Part shown: in pieces, positions 50,130 to 63,836 of the stretch
Numbering within the stretch: position 1 is the stretch's first letter
How the letters are laid out: each line of letters begins with the position of its first letter
NCBI RefSeq assembly: GCF_018977255.1
Contig: NW_024704742.1
Location: forward strand, 72,480,001-72,544,000
Direction of reading: 5' to 3'
Length of the DNA stretch: 64,000 nucleotides
Source of the DNA: Callorhinchus milii
Taxonomy: Eukaryota
Translations under genes and position numbers: made by a program
The notes under the pieces: generated by a model
Told to the model about the DNA's origin: nothing
The model's database searches: none
What the model saw: the letters and a program-made list of their open reading frames with translations, nothing else

Positions 50130-51270
50130 CAAATTCTGGAAGTCTAAAGCTTGATGTTATAATAGGAAGAAATGGGGCCGGTGTCCTGGAAGGACAAGAT
50201 CTTGTGGTCTTTTGATAAAAAGTACTTCATCTGCTGCAAGGTATTCAAAGACTTCAGTCAAAATTGCAGTTATTTATTGAGCAAATGACAGCTGAAGATT
50301 CACTCAATTTCCCAATTTGTAAAGATTCTCTGGCGATGAATTTTTGGAGCAAATTTAGCAGTCAATTCAATAACACTTACATTCAAAATTGTCATTTCCA
50401 GAGAATCTTTGCAAATTGGGAAAGTGGGTGAATCTTGAGCTGCCATTTGAAATTTTGACTGAAATTCATTCACATAATGTGCGAGGTGACAAACCAACAA
50501 TTTGTCCCCAGCAGTTTCGAGAACAAATTGTGCAGATGTGAAGTGATGTCGGTAAAAGACAGGAGATCACACAGCCTTCGCTGTCATTGTCGAGTTCTGA
50601 AAATTCTGCCAGCTTTCATTTCTGTTCCAGGAAATCTCGGATCTCTGGAAGCAGCTTCACAAATCTCTCCATAAGCTTCTTGCGACCTAGCCAGTGAATA
50701 TTTGGGAAATACGCCATCACTGCATATTTCAACTCAACCTCCTTCAGCAGTTCCACAAGTTGCCTGTGATTCAGAGCTTTTGAACGAATATGGTTGACTG
50801 TTTTAATCAGCACGTCCATCACATCTTTCAGCGAGTCAGAGGACATTTGAGCGCACAAATTCTCCTGATGAATAATGTAAATTGAAAGAGAACAGCAACT
50901 GCAGCTTGCTATTGATTTCTGCCAAATATCACTTCAGCTCAGTGACCGAGCCAAGATTTTGTCCAGTCATTGCCGATGCACCATCAAGAGTGACAGATGC
51001 AAGTTTATCGAGTCAGACCAAATTTCTCCACAACTTCCCAGAAAGCAGTAAATGTGTCACAACCTTGTGTTCGATCCCTCAGCCCATCAAGGCCAGCAGT
51101 TCTTCCCTAATTACAAGGTTGGTCGGGATGTATTGCACCCACAACACCAATTGAACAGTGTTGCAAGTGTCACAAGATTCATCCAATGCCAAACAGTTGC
51201 TGAGTTCAGTCTTCAGCTGAGATTCAATGTTCTTGGTAAGATCCATCAAACTTGTGCAAGTTCCAAACCT
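50130..51270 (-). mobile_element. Decayed hAT transposase (SPIN/GTF2IRD2/EPM2AIP1-like)
   Basis: LALDESCDTCNTVQL, VIREELLAL, SVTLDGASAMTG, IIHQENLCAQ, VNHIRSKALNHRQ, HWLGRKK..RF; multiple frameshifts. Confidence 0.88.
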
Positions 51271-51284
51271 TTTTTGTTGTTTAT

Positions 51285-51948
51285 ACAACAACAACAAGAT
51301 TACATTTATAGCGCCTTTCATGTTGGGAGGACACCCCAAGGCGCTGGACAGTTTACAGCATTTCAGACCTGACCTGGGGTCAGGGAGGGAGAAGGGAGGG
51401 GAGGGGAAGGGGGGTGACCGATGGTACGGCCGAAGAGGAGTGTCTTCAGGCGGTACTTGAAGGAGGCTAAAGAGGGGGTGAGGCGGAGTGATTGGGGGAT
51501 GGAATTCCAGAGGTTGGGGCCAAAGTGGCTGAAGGCTCTCTTGCCAATGGTGGGGCGGGTGGGTCGGGGGACGTGGAGCAGGCCGGAGCCAGCTGAGCGG
51601 AGGGAGCGGTTGGTAGGGCGTTAGGAGGTCACAGAAGTAGGGTGGGGCGAGGCCATGGAGGGCTTTGTAGGTGAGGACCAGGATCTTGAACTGGATCCTC
51701 TGAAGGATAGGGAGCCAATGGAGTCAGGTGAGAGTGGGGGAGATGGGGTCATGGAGTTTGGTGCGGGAGAGGACATGGGCTGCAGAGTTCTGGATTATCT
51801 GCAGCCTGTGGAGGAGGAGTTGGGAAGGCCGACAAGCAGGGGTTTGCATAGTCGAGCCTGGAGATGATGAAGGCATAAACAAGAGTTTCAGCGGCCTGAG
51901 GGGTGAGGTAGTGGCGGAGTCGGGCGATATTACTGAGGTGAGGGAAGG
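51285..51948 (-). mobile_element. L2 LINE 3' portion
   Basis: LQIIQNSAAHVL; tail with (CAA)n at 51285. Confidence 0.9.
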
Positions 51949-52750
51949 CAACAACAACAACAACAAGATTTCATTTATAGAGCGCCTTTCACGTAGGGAG
52001 GACGTCCCAAGGTGCTGGACAGTTGGGTCAGGACCCGAGCAGGGGGGAAATGGTCAGGGTGAGGGGAGGGAAGAGAAGGAGTGAGGAGGGTGTAGAGAGT
52101 CGAGAGGGGAGCTGAAGGCATGGTCAAAGAGAAAGGTCTTGAGACCGGCCTTGAAGGAGGAAAGGGAGGAAGCAAGGCGAAGGCACTGGGGGATGGAGTT
52201 CCAGAGCCTAGGGGCTGAGAGGCTGAAGGCCCTGCCACCGATGGTAGGGCGGCGGATGTGGAGCAGACCGGAGCCAGAGGAATGGAGGGTACGGGCAGGT
52301 AGGTAGGGGGATAGTAGGTCAGAGAGGTAGGAGGGAGCAAGGCCGTGAATGGCCTTGTAGGTGAGGATGAGGAGCCAGTGGAGGGAGCGAGGGTGGGAGT
52401 GATGTGGTCGCGGTGTCTGGTGCGGGACAGTACATGAGCTGCAGAGTTCTGAATGACCTGCAGCTTGTGGAGGGAGGTGCCGGGAAGGCCGGCGAGGAGA
52501 GAGTTCCCATAGTCCAGCCTTGAGGTGATAAAGGCGTGGACCAGAGTTTCAGCAGCGTGAGGGGTGAGGTAGTGCCATAGTCTGGCGATGGTGAAGGCAG
52601 AGCGAGTCAGGGCTTGGATGTGGGGAAGAAGACAGTTGAGGGTCGAAAAAAACACCGAGGTTCCTGACTGGCTTGGTGAGTTGTAGTGTGCAACCATGGA
52701 GGTTGATGCTGCCAGAGCCTGAAGTACTGAGGCGCTGACAGGAGCCAATC
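51949..52750 (-). mobile_element. L2 LINE 3' portion, same subfamily as 16397-17013
   Basis: AETLVHAFITSRLDYGNSLLAGLPGTSL; tail at 51949-52020. Confidence 0.92.
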
Positions 52751-52963
52751 ATAAGGATTATACTAAATTAACCTGAATTGGCCACACTTTTATGTGCAAT
52801 TGGTCACATATGGCCAGTGACCAACGTATTGAACAACTCAAGTTTAGAGGGAAAAAAAGATTGGCTACAAAACCTTTTATCTCTGTACATTCAAATGACA
52901 ACATTTTCTTTGTTGTTTTGTTGTTTATTAACGGCTAGCTTGGTCTCTATAGATGAATGTTTA

Positions 52964-53242
<279 letters not shown>

Positions 53243-53494
53243 CTAAACATGAAAAATCCTGAGATATTTATTGGACTGAAATGCTCGGAGGGACATACCC
53301 TGTTTACCTAATCCCAGAAAGTACTAGGTTGGCAAGAGCCAAAATTGGGGATCCCAGAGGGTGGGTTGGGGTACTGCTGGAGTACCATTCATAAAATAAA
53401 CAAAATATATAGACTTCAAACCATTTGGTCATGTGCTGCTGCAATTATAATAGAAACGGACTACAAATGTACAATTACATTTAATCTCACTGCA

Positions 53495-53770
53495 CAAGCA
53501 TCCTTTGGATGAGACATTAAAATGAGATATCGTCTGCCTGTCCAGGCTGTCGTTAAAGATCCAATTCCAGTACTCAAAAAGAGAAGAGATTCTTCCAGTG
53601 TCCTGGCCAACAATCCCCCAAATAAAATTGGTCACTCACTCCATGGCTCTTTGTGGGACACTGCTGTGCACGAAGTGACCACAATGTTTCCCCACCAAAT
53701 ACATCCTGTGAAGCGCTTTGAGCCATAAATGACTTGATAAGGCGTTACATCAAATGCAAGGATTATTATA
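53495..53770 (+). mobile_element. Deu-domain SINE, 3' part
   Basis: TTTGGATGAGACATTAAA..GTTAAAGATCC..GTGTCCTGGCCAAC, core and tail. Confidence 0.72.
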
Positions 53771-54536
53771 ACATTTATTGCACAACAACATTGAAATCAA
53801 TTGATAGGTCACCTTAAAAAGGTAATCAGTATGACACTGAGACTTATGTCAGCACCTGTACAACCTAGGTGAAAAAAAGCCACTTTCGAGAAATCATTCA
53901 CAATATTAAACTAAATTATTGATCTTTTTGGCACAAAAAACACAATTTTAAACCTGCAATTCCCTCCTTTGAATGAATTCCAAATATTCAAGAGCTGTCT
54001 ACCTCCTGGAACAGAGGAGACAGCATGAACTGAACATCTGAACTGAAACAACTTGGAAAATCCTATAATATGAAAGACAGACACAAGAATGAGGCACTTG
54101 TAATGCCAGAGTTCCTGTTAATCCAGGCTACAGACTATAATCCCCAAGTACACTAGAGGTCTCTGTACCTCCATCCACTTGCACATTCCACTGAAATGTT
54201 ATCTAGCCTTTTTCTGTTAATCCAGTGATAACTGCCAAAGAAATTTCAGATTACTTTAACAGGAATAAATGTATTTTCCCTCTTCCATTAAATGCAGTTG
54301 AAATGGGGGTGAGACCCTCTCCACAGATACCCTCCCCGCCCCAACCCCTCCTTCACCAGGCACTCATTTCACTTCATAGTGACTCAAGCAGCAGATCTAG
54401 TTTAAACATCCCTGCAGCAAGCGATTCACACTATAACGTGGAACCTCAAGTTTGGATTCAGACGGTCACAGTGTATTACAGTACAGCAGTATATCTGAAG
54501 GATGTTCATACCTCCACTCCGTCCCCCCACATTATA

Positions 54537-55110
54537 ATCATAGAATTATACAGCACAGAAGGAGGCCATTCGGCTCATTGTGTCTGTGCCGGATCTTTGA
54601 AAAGAGTTGTCCAAATCAATCCCACTCCCCCGCGCTCTCCCCATAGCCCTGCAAACTTGTCCTCCCCAAATAATTATCTACTTCTCTCTTAAAAATTGTT
54701 AGCGAATCGGCTTCCACCACTCTTTCAGGCAATGCATTCCAGATCTGAACAACTCACTGTGTGAAACAATTTCTCCTCATCTCTTTCTTTTACAACTATT
54801 TTAAATCTGTGCTCTCGGTTACCTACCCACCCACCAGTGGAAATAGTTTCTCCTTGTTCACCATCGAATCTCCTCATAATTTTGAAAACTTCGATTAAGT
54901 CTCCTCTTAACCTTCTCTGCTCCAAGGAGAATAATCCCAGCTTCTCTCGCCTCTCCTGATAACTGAAGTCCCTCATTCCTGGTACTATCCTGGTAAATCT
55001 CCTTTGCACCCTCTCCAATGCCTTGACATCCTTTCTAAAGTGTAATGTCCAGAACTGAAGACAGTACTCTAGCTGAGGCCTAACCAGTGTTTTATAAAGG
55101 TTTATTATAA
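54537..55110 (-). mobile_element. CR1 LINE 3' end
   Basis: LYKTLVRPQLEYCLQFW and RRLRGDLIEVFKIM; ATCATAGAAT tail. Confidence 0.92.
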
Positions 55111-56864
55111 CATGAAGCATGAAATAATTCAATAGTTTACTCTGCCTCCCCATCATAAGTATCCAAATCTGAAGCAGAATCCTGAATCCTCAAAGCTGCC
55201 CATTATCCTGCAGAATGCCTTGCATGAGCAGTCAGCGTAAAGGCTGTAATCTCCACCAAACTCAGTCACCTTTACCGAAATCAATGCTTTGAAATGACTG
55301 ACGTACATCTGGGCTAATCCACTCATAAACCTGGCCGCTTCTGTTGCCATGGAAATGCTAACACTGACTGAATCCCAAACAAATGGCAACCATAGCCACG
55401 GACTGGTGCAGTGCAGCACACAGGCTGAGCAGTGAATGCAAAAGTGTTGTCTGTTGATTTGATCCGTGTGCAGCTCTTGGCAGACAAAAGGTTTTTGTTC
55501 CAAAATTATTCACTGTGGTTTCACATATGCTGGAAGTACAGTACTTCAGGATGAAATTCACAAAAGTCTTGTCGCAATGCAAACATGTTTGGTAACAAAT
55601 ACATTTATGCAGTTACTGCTGGAACATACAAAAGGAAAGAAGAAGCTTGCTCTGGGGAAAGGTGAATTTTAATATCTTCAACACACTACTGAATCAACAT
55701 TGTACAGTATTTTACATTGTACATTTTAAATTGAAGTACTGTACTTGCAGCAACTTTGCACTTCTCCTGGAATGTTTGACATAAATCTACTTGTGTATTA
55801 TTATTGTTGTGTATTACTATTATTATTGTATAGTGTTCTTCAGATTTGCTTCTCTGAATCCTCTGCAGAGCTTATCTGATGCTTTGGAGTTTAATCTTGT
55901 ACCTCTGTGGGGTCCAATCCGCTGCTTAATGAACTCCAGCAAACCCGTTTTCATAATGGGATTTTCATTTTTCATTATAAGTGTGGTTAAAAGGTTTGCT
56001 AGTGTTAATGAGCAGCACGGGTTAGATCACTGTACTGTTAATTCACGGGGGTATCCAATATTCACCCACATCCAATTTAACAGTCTGTTCTGGAGGACTG
56101 CAAACATTTATATTTAAAGAAAGACTTCTTAATGCACAATTCTCAAACAAGAACACAGTTGTGCAACTCAGCTGCGAATACAGTGGCTGCTGCAAAAACA
56201 CCATGGCTGAATGGCCTCCTGATTTACTGAAAACATTGAGATTTCATGCTATAAAAGCTACTGGTGATAAAAGGAACAACAAAGCCAGTACTCTGGAGAT
56301 TTACGGTCTTGAGTGTCCAACAATGGTGGTGTCTAATTGCTAATAGAGATGGTAAAGCAAATCCAGGATTCAGACTGCATTTATTTACAGAGCCCATCGG
56401 TGTTCTGGGTCAGTTTTTATTTGCGATATGGCAACATATTTTGGAATACTGCATCTGGAGTATGAAAAGCAAGGTGAATGGAGGACAGAAGGCAGGAGTT
56501 TATCCTGGACTTCAACCTTCAGAAACTGACAAGGGAATGAGGATGACGAGATTCGGCACTGAGCAAATAAATAGCCGTCCAAATATTGGACAAACAAAAG
56601 CCTGGCAAACAACACTGGAGTAGCTTCAGCATCCAGCTGAACATCCCAGTGCAACCAGCGTAGGCACATTCCATATACATATCACAGGTCTGGCTCTATG
56701 GCAACAGTGAACGCATGTTTGAGCCAAGGTTCTGTAAGCTGATCAGCAAACTTCGTGGCTATTAAAAGTAACCTTTCATAGATGGGTGTGAACTTATAGC
56801 ACAAGTGTTTTTAAGTTACTTTGGTTCTATTTGGCTAAAGACAAGGCATTTATGGATGTGCTGA

Positions 56865-57316
56865 AGGGACACAGCATGGGAGAGGCTTAAGTGGAATGTC
56901 GAGGCTGGGTGAGAATCAAGCCATGATTGTCGAGGGTTACGGAGCCGGTGCAGGAGAGGACACAGACTGCAGAGTACTGGATGATCTGCAACCTATGGAG
57001 GGAGGAGTTGGTGAGGCAGACAAGCAAGGAGCTTGCATAGTCGAGCCTGGATGTTATGAATGCACACATGAGGGTCTCGGCGGCCTGCGATGTGAGGTGT
57101 GGGCGGCACGGAAACCTGATTAGAGGGGTTCGTGAAGGGAGTGGCGGGAGAGGAAGGAGTGAAGCTGGAAAGCAACAACTCGTTTCGAGGACCCTGGAAA
57201 GGAAAATGAGGTTGGCGATGGGGAGGTAATTTGAGAGCAGAGATGGATCCAGGGAGGGTTTATTTAAGGATAGGGCTGATGATTACCATTTTTAAAGGGG
57301 TGGGATTGGCGCAGGT
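56865..57316 (-). mobile_element. L2 fragment split by an LTR (resumes at 58297-58345)
   Basis: AFITSRLDYASSLL; the sequence either side of the LTR joins to match the L2 at 7841-7920. Confidence 0.8.
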
Positions 57317-58296
57317 TGTTAGAATATACACTTTTTGTATACTGCTAGAATCAATAGATGTTGTGAATGGGTTAACTTTTAAGTTAAGTGTGGGAGGCAA
57401 ATGGACTGACAGTCATGGGATAGGACACATCTGGTTTTCTCTGTTTTTGAAAGAATAACGGACAGCTTTGAAAAAGGGCAGGGGGTCACCTCTTATCAGT
57501 AAATGACAACAAGCCCACAGAGGTAACGGTCCAAGGTACCAATCGACAAAGGATCTTGACTCAGCAATAAGTCGCTAGATTCTGACAGGGCCAACCGACA
57601 GAAGGCAACCCTCAAGAATAGCAGCTAACGAGCAAGTTGCTTAAACCAGAGGACCTCGGTACCATCCCAGGATACCGATAAGAAATAACCAGTCACTTAA
57701 AAGGAATGTACTGATGATCCCACCTTACAAAATAACAAGCACCAGATAACAGGGGTCTTAAGGACAATGTGTATGTGTGCTGAGGCACGTACACCCCATG
57801 ACGTGTTCACGTGAACCCAGCATGATTTCGACCAGGTGATCTAATGTCCGCACCATGATTGGACAAACATCGGTAAAAGAGTTGTGATAACTTTGTGTAC
57901 GGGGCCATTCCGGGCTGCAGAGACAAGGGTACGAGAGATGGGGCCGTCCCGGGTCGCGGAGACAAGGGTACGGGAGATGGGGCCGTCCCGGGCTGCAGAG
58001 ACAAGGGTACGGAGATGGAAGACTGAGAGCCAGAAACACTAAGACTGAGGATATCAGATGGAAGATTGAAAGCTGTAAGCAAGAAGACTGAAAGCATGAA
58101 GAATCAAGCTTGTGTGCTGTAAAGACATAGTGTTGAACTCAAGATATCTATGGTGGTATTATTCTGTTATAAGATCTGTTGATTGTACAAACCTTTGGTC
58201 TAACCCATCGGGATATTGGGGAATAACGAACGAATAATAATAAAACAGTCTGATATCTGGTTGCAAACGGATTATGGTTGATTTTATTTTCTCACA
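57317..58296 (+). mobile_element. Solo LTR (980 bp) of an ERV or Gypsy-type element
   Basis: TGTTAGAA...TTCTCACA termini, 4-bp TSD AGGT (57313-57316 and 58297-58300), three 39-bp tandem repeats at 57901-58016, AATAAA at 58239-58244. Confidence 0.85.
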
Positions 58297-58510
58297 AGGT
58301 GGACAGGGAGAGGGTTTTGATTGTCTGTGAGTAGAGGGGCAAGTGTGGAAGTGATAAATAAAGTGCATTTCTACTATCAATATACTCCATCAGACTGGAG
58401 GTGACAACCCAAGTGAGATATTATACTCACTGCTAGGAGTAGTGACTACACTTTCTAATTCTAAATGCATGACATCAAAGCTGATTATCTCTGTTTAATG
58501 TTCACAAAGG

Positions 58511-58718
58511 GTGTGTGAGAGAAAGGGTCAGAGACAGACAGAGAGAGGGAGAGACAGCCAGAGAGAGGAGAGTGAGACATACATACATACACACACACAA
58601 ATGGAGACACAGAGAGAGGTAGAGACAAACAGAGTGACGAAGGGAGAGAGAGAGAGACAAACAGATGGGGATAGAGGGAGAGAGACAAAAAAAAGGAGGG
58701 AGAGGCAGAGAGAGAAGA
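58511..58718. repeat. GA/CA-rich simple repeat
   Basis: Seen directly. Confidence 0.9.
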
Positions 58719-58934
58719 CTCAAGGGCTAACAATTCTGGGTAGTTCTAGCTTCTGAATTTAAGAATTTTTACACAGCTCTGTCCAAAATAGGAAACCAGT
58801 TTTCCGCAGTTTTTTTTAAAAAAAGGCTTCCAAATTAAGACTGCATTTAAGAATTTCCCACATTTGTGTGAGGTCTAAAATGTTAAAAGTCTTCAAAGTA
58901 AGACTCTGCAAAATTATGGTAATATTAGCAATTG

Positions 58935-59143
58935 TTTCCTCCGCCTCGCCCCCTCTCTTGCCTCCTTCAAGACTCATCTCAAGACCCTTCTCTTCAACTG
59001 TGCTTTTGATCTCCTTGCTTCCCCCCNTGCCCTCCACCCTCCCCGATCCTGACTCCCAGCTCGGGTCCGAAACACTGACTGTCCAGCGCCTTGGGACATC
59101 CTCCCGATGTGAAAAGCGCTATACAAATGTAATTTTGTTGTTT
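58935..59143 (+). mobile_element. L2 LINE 3' end
   Basis: Tail GCGCCTTGGGACATCCTCCCGATGTGAAAAGCGC. Confidence 0.85.
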
Positions 59144-59796
59144 TGGATCAGATGGGTGCATGTCTGACACTTGCAGAACCCTTTACAGTTTATTCAAGCC
59201 AGACAGGATTCCAAATATATGAGACACCTACATATGGAAATTTCTGTGTATCTGGAATGGAAATCACACTCTTTCCCCAGAGGGGAGCACGTTGCTTACC
59301 TAAGTATGGGAAGGTTTTGGGTGCAGGTTGGCAAGAACAAAGACTTGGAGAACCCCAGAGTGTGTGTTAGAAGTTTAATTAGATAACCCCGCAGCTTTGC
59401 AATTGCCACCGCAATATTAGCAAGGCAAGATATAAGCCACAAACCTGCGACTGTGAATACTCAGTCATTTTTACCAATAAGTCTGTGCTACATTTCGAAG
59501 CCATTTTTTTAAAAAAAGTAAATAAAACCAGTGAATACATTTTACAAAGGATCATAAGGTTTCTAATGACCAAGTATTGCATCCATCCACAGAGCAATTG
59601 GTCAGGCTTGGATGAAGAAGACTCTTTCGCCCTTTTGACCTCATCCTTCCAAAACACCCACTCTACACTAAACGAGTCCAGGGTCCTGTCCTCAACTACC
59701 CTTCCTGGTAGCCTTTTCCAGTCATTAACTACCCCCTGGGTGAAGAGATACTTGATGTATTTGAAAGTAGTGTTCTAAATCTGATTACTGTAAGAG

Positions 59797-60119
59797 TAAT
59801 AATAATAATAATCCTTCCATTTGATATAGCGCTTTTCACGTCAGGAGGATGTCCCAAAGCGCTTCACAGAACACACTGTAAAGTGAATTGATTGTATATT
59901 TGTGGGCGAACGCGGCAGCCAATTGCGCACAGCAATGTCCCACAAACATTCGTAGATTGAAAATGACCAATTTATTATTGTTTTGGTTTTGAAGGGATTA
60001 TTATTAGGCTCTGTGTGGAGTAAGGAAACTTGCCCAAGGTTTCGCCCTCTGCCTGGAATTGAACTCAGGTCTCTCACTTGCAAAGCGAGTGCTCTAACCA
60101 CTGAGCTACAGGACTCCAC
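59797..60119 (-). mobile_element. tRNA-Ala-derived SINE, young subfamily, very similar to 1650-1972
   Basis: Shares the diagnostic ACACAGAGCCTAATAATAATCCC junction and the tail. Confidence 0.92.
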
Positions 60120-63100
60120 AACCAATCAACCATCCCTGGGAGTGATACAGTACCTATAATGTCGAAATACCTCAAAGCACTTTACAGGTAATTGCTGTTA
60201 ACTGTCGTGTGTGTATTTTGTCGGCAAGCATGGCAGATAGCAAGGTCCCATAGATTTGAAGTAAATGATCAATGTATCTGGAGGATTGTAGGCCAGGACA
60301 CTAAGAAAACTTTTCTTTAGTCATGGCATAACAAATAAATACCAAAAAATCTAAGAATATAAAAGGGAATGAAGAAAAGGCAGATAAGTGGGACTAAATG
60401 GGAGTGCTTTTTCAGAGAGTGTGAAGGCTGAGAACGAGAAGTTGGAAGAGAAGCCCAAATGAGCATTGAATAAGTGGCTTGAGACATCAGGCTCACTTCA
60501 AGCCAGCAATAAATGGAAGCATAAATGTGTAATTTAAATGTCTTTCACCTGTATTAAAGTATAAATAAATATGAGGTAATGTTGCAACCAGCAGATCCTA
60601 AAACCTCAAGTACTCAGTTTAGGGATAAAAAATTTTGTATATGTGAGTGGGCGGGGAGAGGAAAAGGGATTTCAGATTCATAAAGTTTATTTCAAGAGCA
60701 ATTACATGACATCAGAAGCAGGTCATTTTCCTGCCATGATACAGAGGGAGGGGATGATAACTGTATGCCTTCTGGACAATGTTAAATCAACTTCAAACAC
60801 ATCACTGCACAAATATACCCCACAAGAGTTGCGCTAATTCCTTCCTCCACCACACAAATGATCTCTTTTTCTCCCCTCATTTCTTGAAGACACTGACTCG
60901 CATAATGTTCACTATCACAACAATCTGGTCATACATTCTCCATACAGCGCACCACCCCACTCCACCCTTAGCACAGGCTTAAGAGAATTACCAAGAGATC
61001 AAAGAGAGATATTAAGATGTTTTTATTATACACAGAGGGAGGAGGGTTGTTAAGACATCGAATACCCCTACCCAGAAGAGTTGTTGAGGCAGAATCTTAG
61101 CTTTTAGAAGGAAATTAGATAAATATCTGAACTGAAAAAATATGAAGAGAATGGGAAAAGTGAGGAGAATGGGACGAAATGAAGGAATTGACGTCAGCAC
61201 CACTTGCTGGCCGTGTACATAATTCCACACACAGAGGCGGCGATTGGGAAGTTGGCCCTTTTTTCACGTTTCGATTATAACATGGTTTAAGAGAGACTGG
61301 ACCCTGAAACAACGTTGTCCTGCGGTTGATCATTTATGCCAGCACTGAATAGAATTACCCTGACACTGCACGCATATAATGAGTCATTCGGTGAGACTAG
61401 AAACTGAAAGGAAGGATCCAATGTGTTCCGAGTTGTACAGATGAAGACAAATGAGAATGTCAAGATTGTTATTAGTCACTAACAAGTCCAGCGTTCCAAG
61501 ATTTACAGCATTGAGTGCAGCCTGTCAATCCCAATTAAAAAGCAGCTTGGCAGATTTCTTAAGAAATCAGGAAACACCGAACACTAACATGATACATAAT
61601 AATAATAATTCTTGCATGTGATATAGCGCCTTATCACATCTTCGAGATGTCTCAAAGCGTTTCACAGAATACACTGTAAAATGAATTGACTTTATAACTT
61701 ATGGGCGAAATGGGGAGACCTGCACAGAATTTACAACTCTTTCCAGTCAGAACAAAAAAAGACGACAGAGCTTGAAAACATCATGTCATCCTGGCATGAA
61801 AGCCACACTACAAGTGTAAATTGTATTGTTTAAGTGTGCAAGAAGATATCATACTGTTGGCATATTTGTTCACCGGTAATATTTTCATGAAGAGTTTGTT
61901 GGTGTGGCATATATGCATTTAAAATCCTGCACATCCCGATCCAGATTCACATAGAATTAATAAATATGGAATGTTTAAATGTTGAATCCTGCCGATACCC
62001 ATATCCGCATTGCACCCATCAACCCTCTCTGACACCATCACTTCTAGCCGGTTAGAGTGCAGCTTCTGCAGTTATCAGCAGGATTCATTATCTATGAATT
62101 CTGTGCTCCTCCTGGTAATAACTCCTACATGTTAGCTTCTTGATGGCTGTAAAGTTTTAAGGCAAAATAATTTAACTAAACTAAAAAGTTAGTTTAGGAG
62201 AATTCTTGGAGTAAAATCTGTGCGTTTGCCTAGTCAGGAAAGCTAACGCAAGGCACGCAATTTGAAATGCAGAGAATCCAGATTCCATTTTAACGGAAAA
62301 CTCAGCACTTCTGGCTCCTCTGATATTTCAGTGTATCTGGCGATTGGCCTGTACTTAATACAATCACCTCTGTTTACCCAGGGCACTATCCTCGTCTATA
62401 TCCATTGTAACATCATCCACCACAAGCATGAAGTTGGCTTCACCTCTCCCTTGGATTTCATGACTGCTACTGTTCTGCCTGTCTGACGCCAAGGAGCCAC
62501 AACACTCAGCAGTTGAATGTTAATACTGAAGCCATCTTGTTGGTTCTCACCAACACCTCTAAGCCAATTTCATCAACAATGCTGGCTGCTCATTCTGGCT
62601 GAGCCATGTAGTATATGACCCTGGTATCTGCTCGACCCTGAGCTCAGTTTCAAACCCCACCTCCATGTCACTCCAAACAAAACACTTTCTTCCACCTCCA
62701 GAATAATCCTTAAATTTGGTATAGCACCTTTCACATCAGGGGGACATCTCAAAACGCTTCACAAGATACACTGTAAAGTGCACTGACCATGTGTTTTGTA
62801 GGCGAATGATGCTAATAACAGCAAATTCTATTGCTGCTTAACAGTCAGAAACAAACTTTTCTAATGGATGCCTTTGATTTCATCCCTTATCATGCTCCTC
62901 CAGCACGGTTGATGAGATTACTTAGTTCCTGCAGTAAGCCACTTCTGAACACACAATTTCTCTTCCATTTCTATTAATATTTTGCTGGGCATGCAAACCT
63001 ACTGTTTGGCTTCACACACCAATTACTGTACTTGATAAAATGAATCTGAACTATGAACTTGAGTGTTTTTAAATGGTGTTTGAACTTGGTGAGAGTGCCA

Positions 63101-63693
63101 AATCCTCCCTATTGAGAGTCTTCTCAACTGGTAGTGCTGGCTGTGCACTCACTGTGAGCACTAATAGAGATGGAGGTAGGAACAATGCTTGTCGTGCTGG
63201 GATGCTTGCATCAGGTGAGACAGGAGCAGCTGTGATGTATGAGGACTGTCTCAGCTGAAGCAGCAAGAGCAGAGCTTAGACAGACTTTATAAAGCCCCCT
63301 CACATGAGTAGCATCTCGTGGTACATAACAGAGGCGGAGCATGACATCATGCTGGGGAGAGAAGGGAATTGACTTAGACATAATCAAAGAGAAAATAGCT
63401 TCAGGTGTGACCTGAAGATGGGCAAGGAGGGAGCAAGGTGGAGGGATCGACACAGAAATCCCAATTATGCAGAGTAAAACTGCCAAGTGATCTGTAGGGA
63501 AGCAACAATAAATAGGATGATAGAGAAGATAGGAAGTTTGGAAAGAAAAATACACTCATTTTTACACTACCTTATCACATCAAAAATGCCATAAGTACTT
63601 CACAATAGTCACCGCCAAGTACAGTGACATTTTATAGCAAAGAATCCAGTTATTTTGTGTATAGCAAGGTCCCACAACAGCTATGTGGCTAAC

Positions 63694-63836
63694 GGAGTCC
63701 TGTAACGTAGTGGTTAGCACACTCGCCTTGTAAGCGAAAGGACCCGGCTTCAATTCCCGGGTAGGGAGGGCAAAACGTTGGGCAAGTTTCCTTACTCCAC
63801 ACGCTGTATCAAATGTGAGGATTATTATTATTATTA
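63694..63836 (+). mobile_element. Minimal SINE: tRNA head fused directly to the tail
   Basis: ...CCTTACTCCACACGCTGTATCAAATGTGAGGATTATTATT; the body is absent. Confidence 0.8.

Noticed and set aside
57901..58016. CRISPR-like repeat array
   Set aside because: Head-to-tail 39-bp repeats with no spacers, inside a vertebrate LTR.
59028..59028. Ambiguous base N (also at 63901)
   Set aside because: Assembly uncertainty beside homopolymer runs, not biology.
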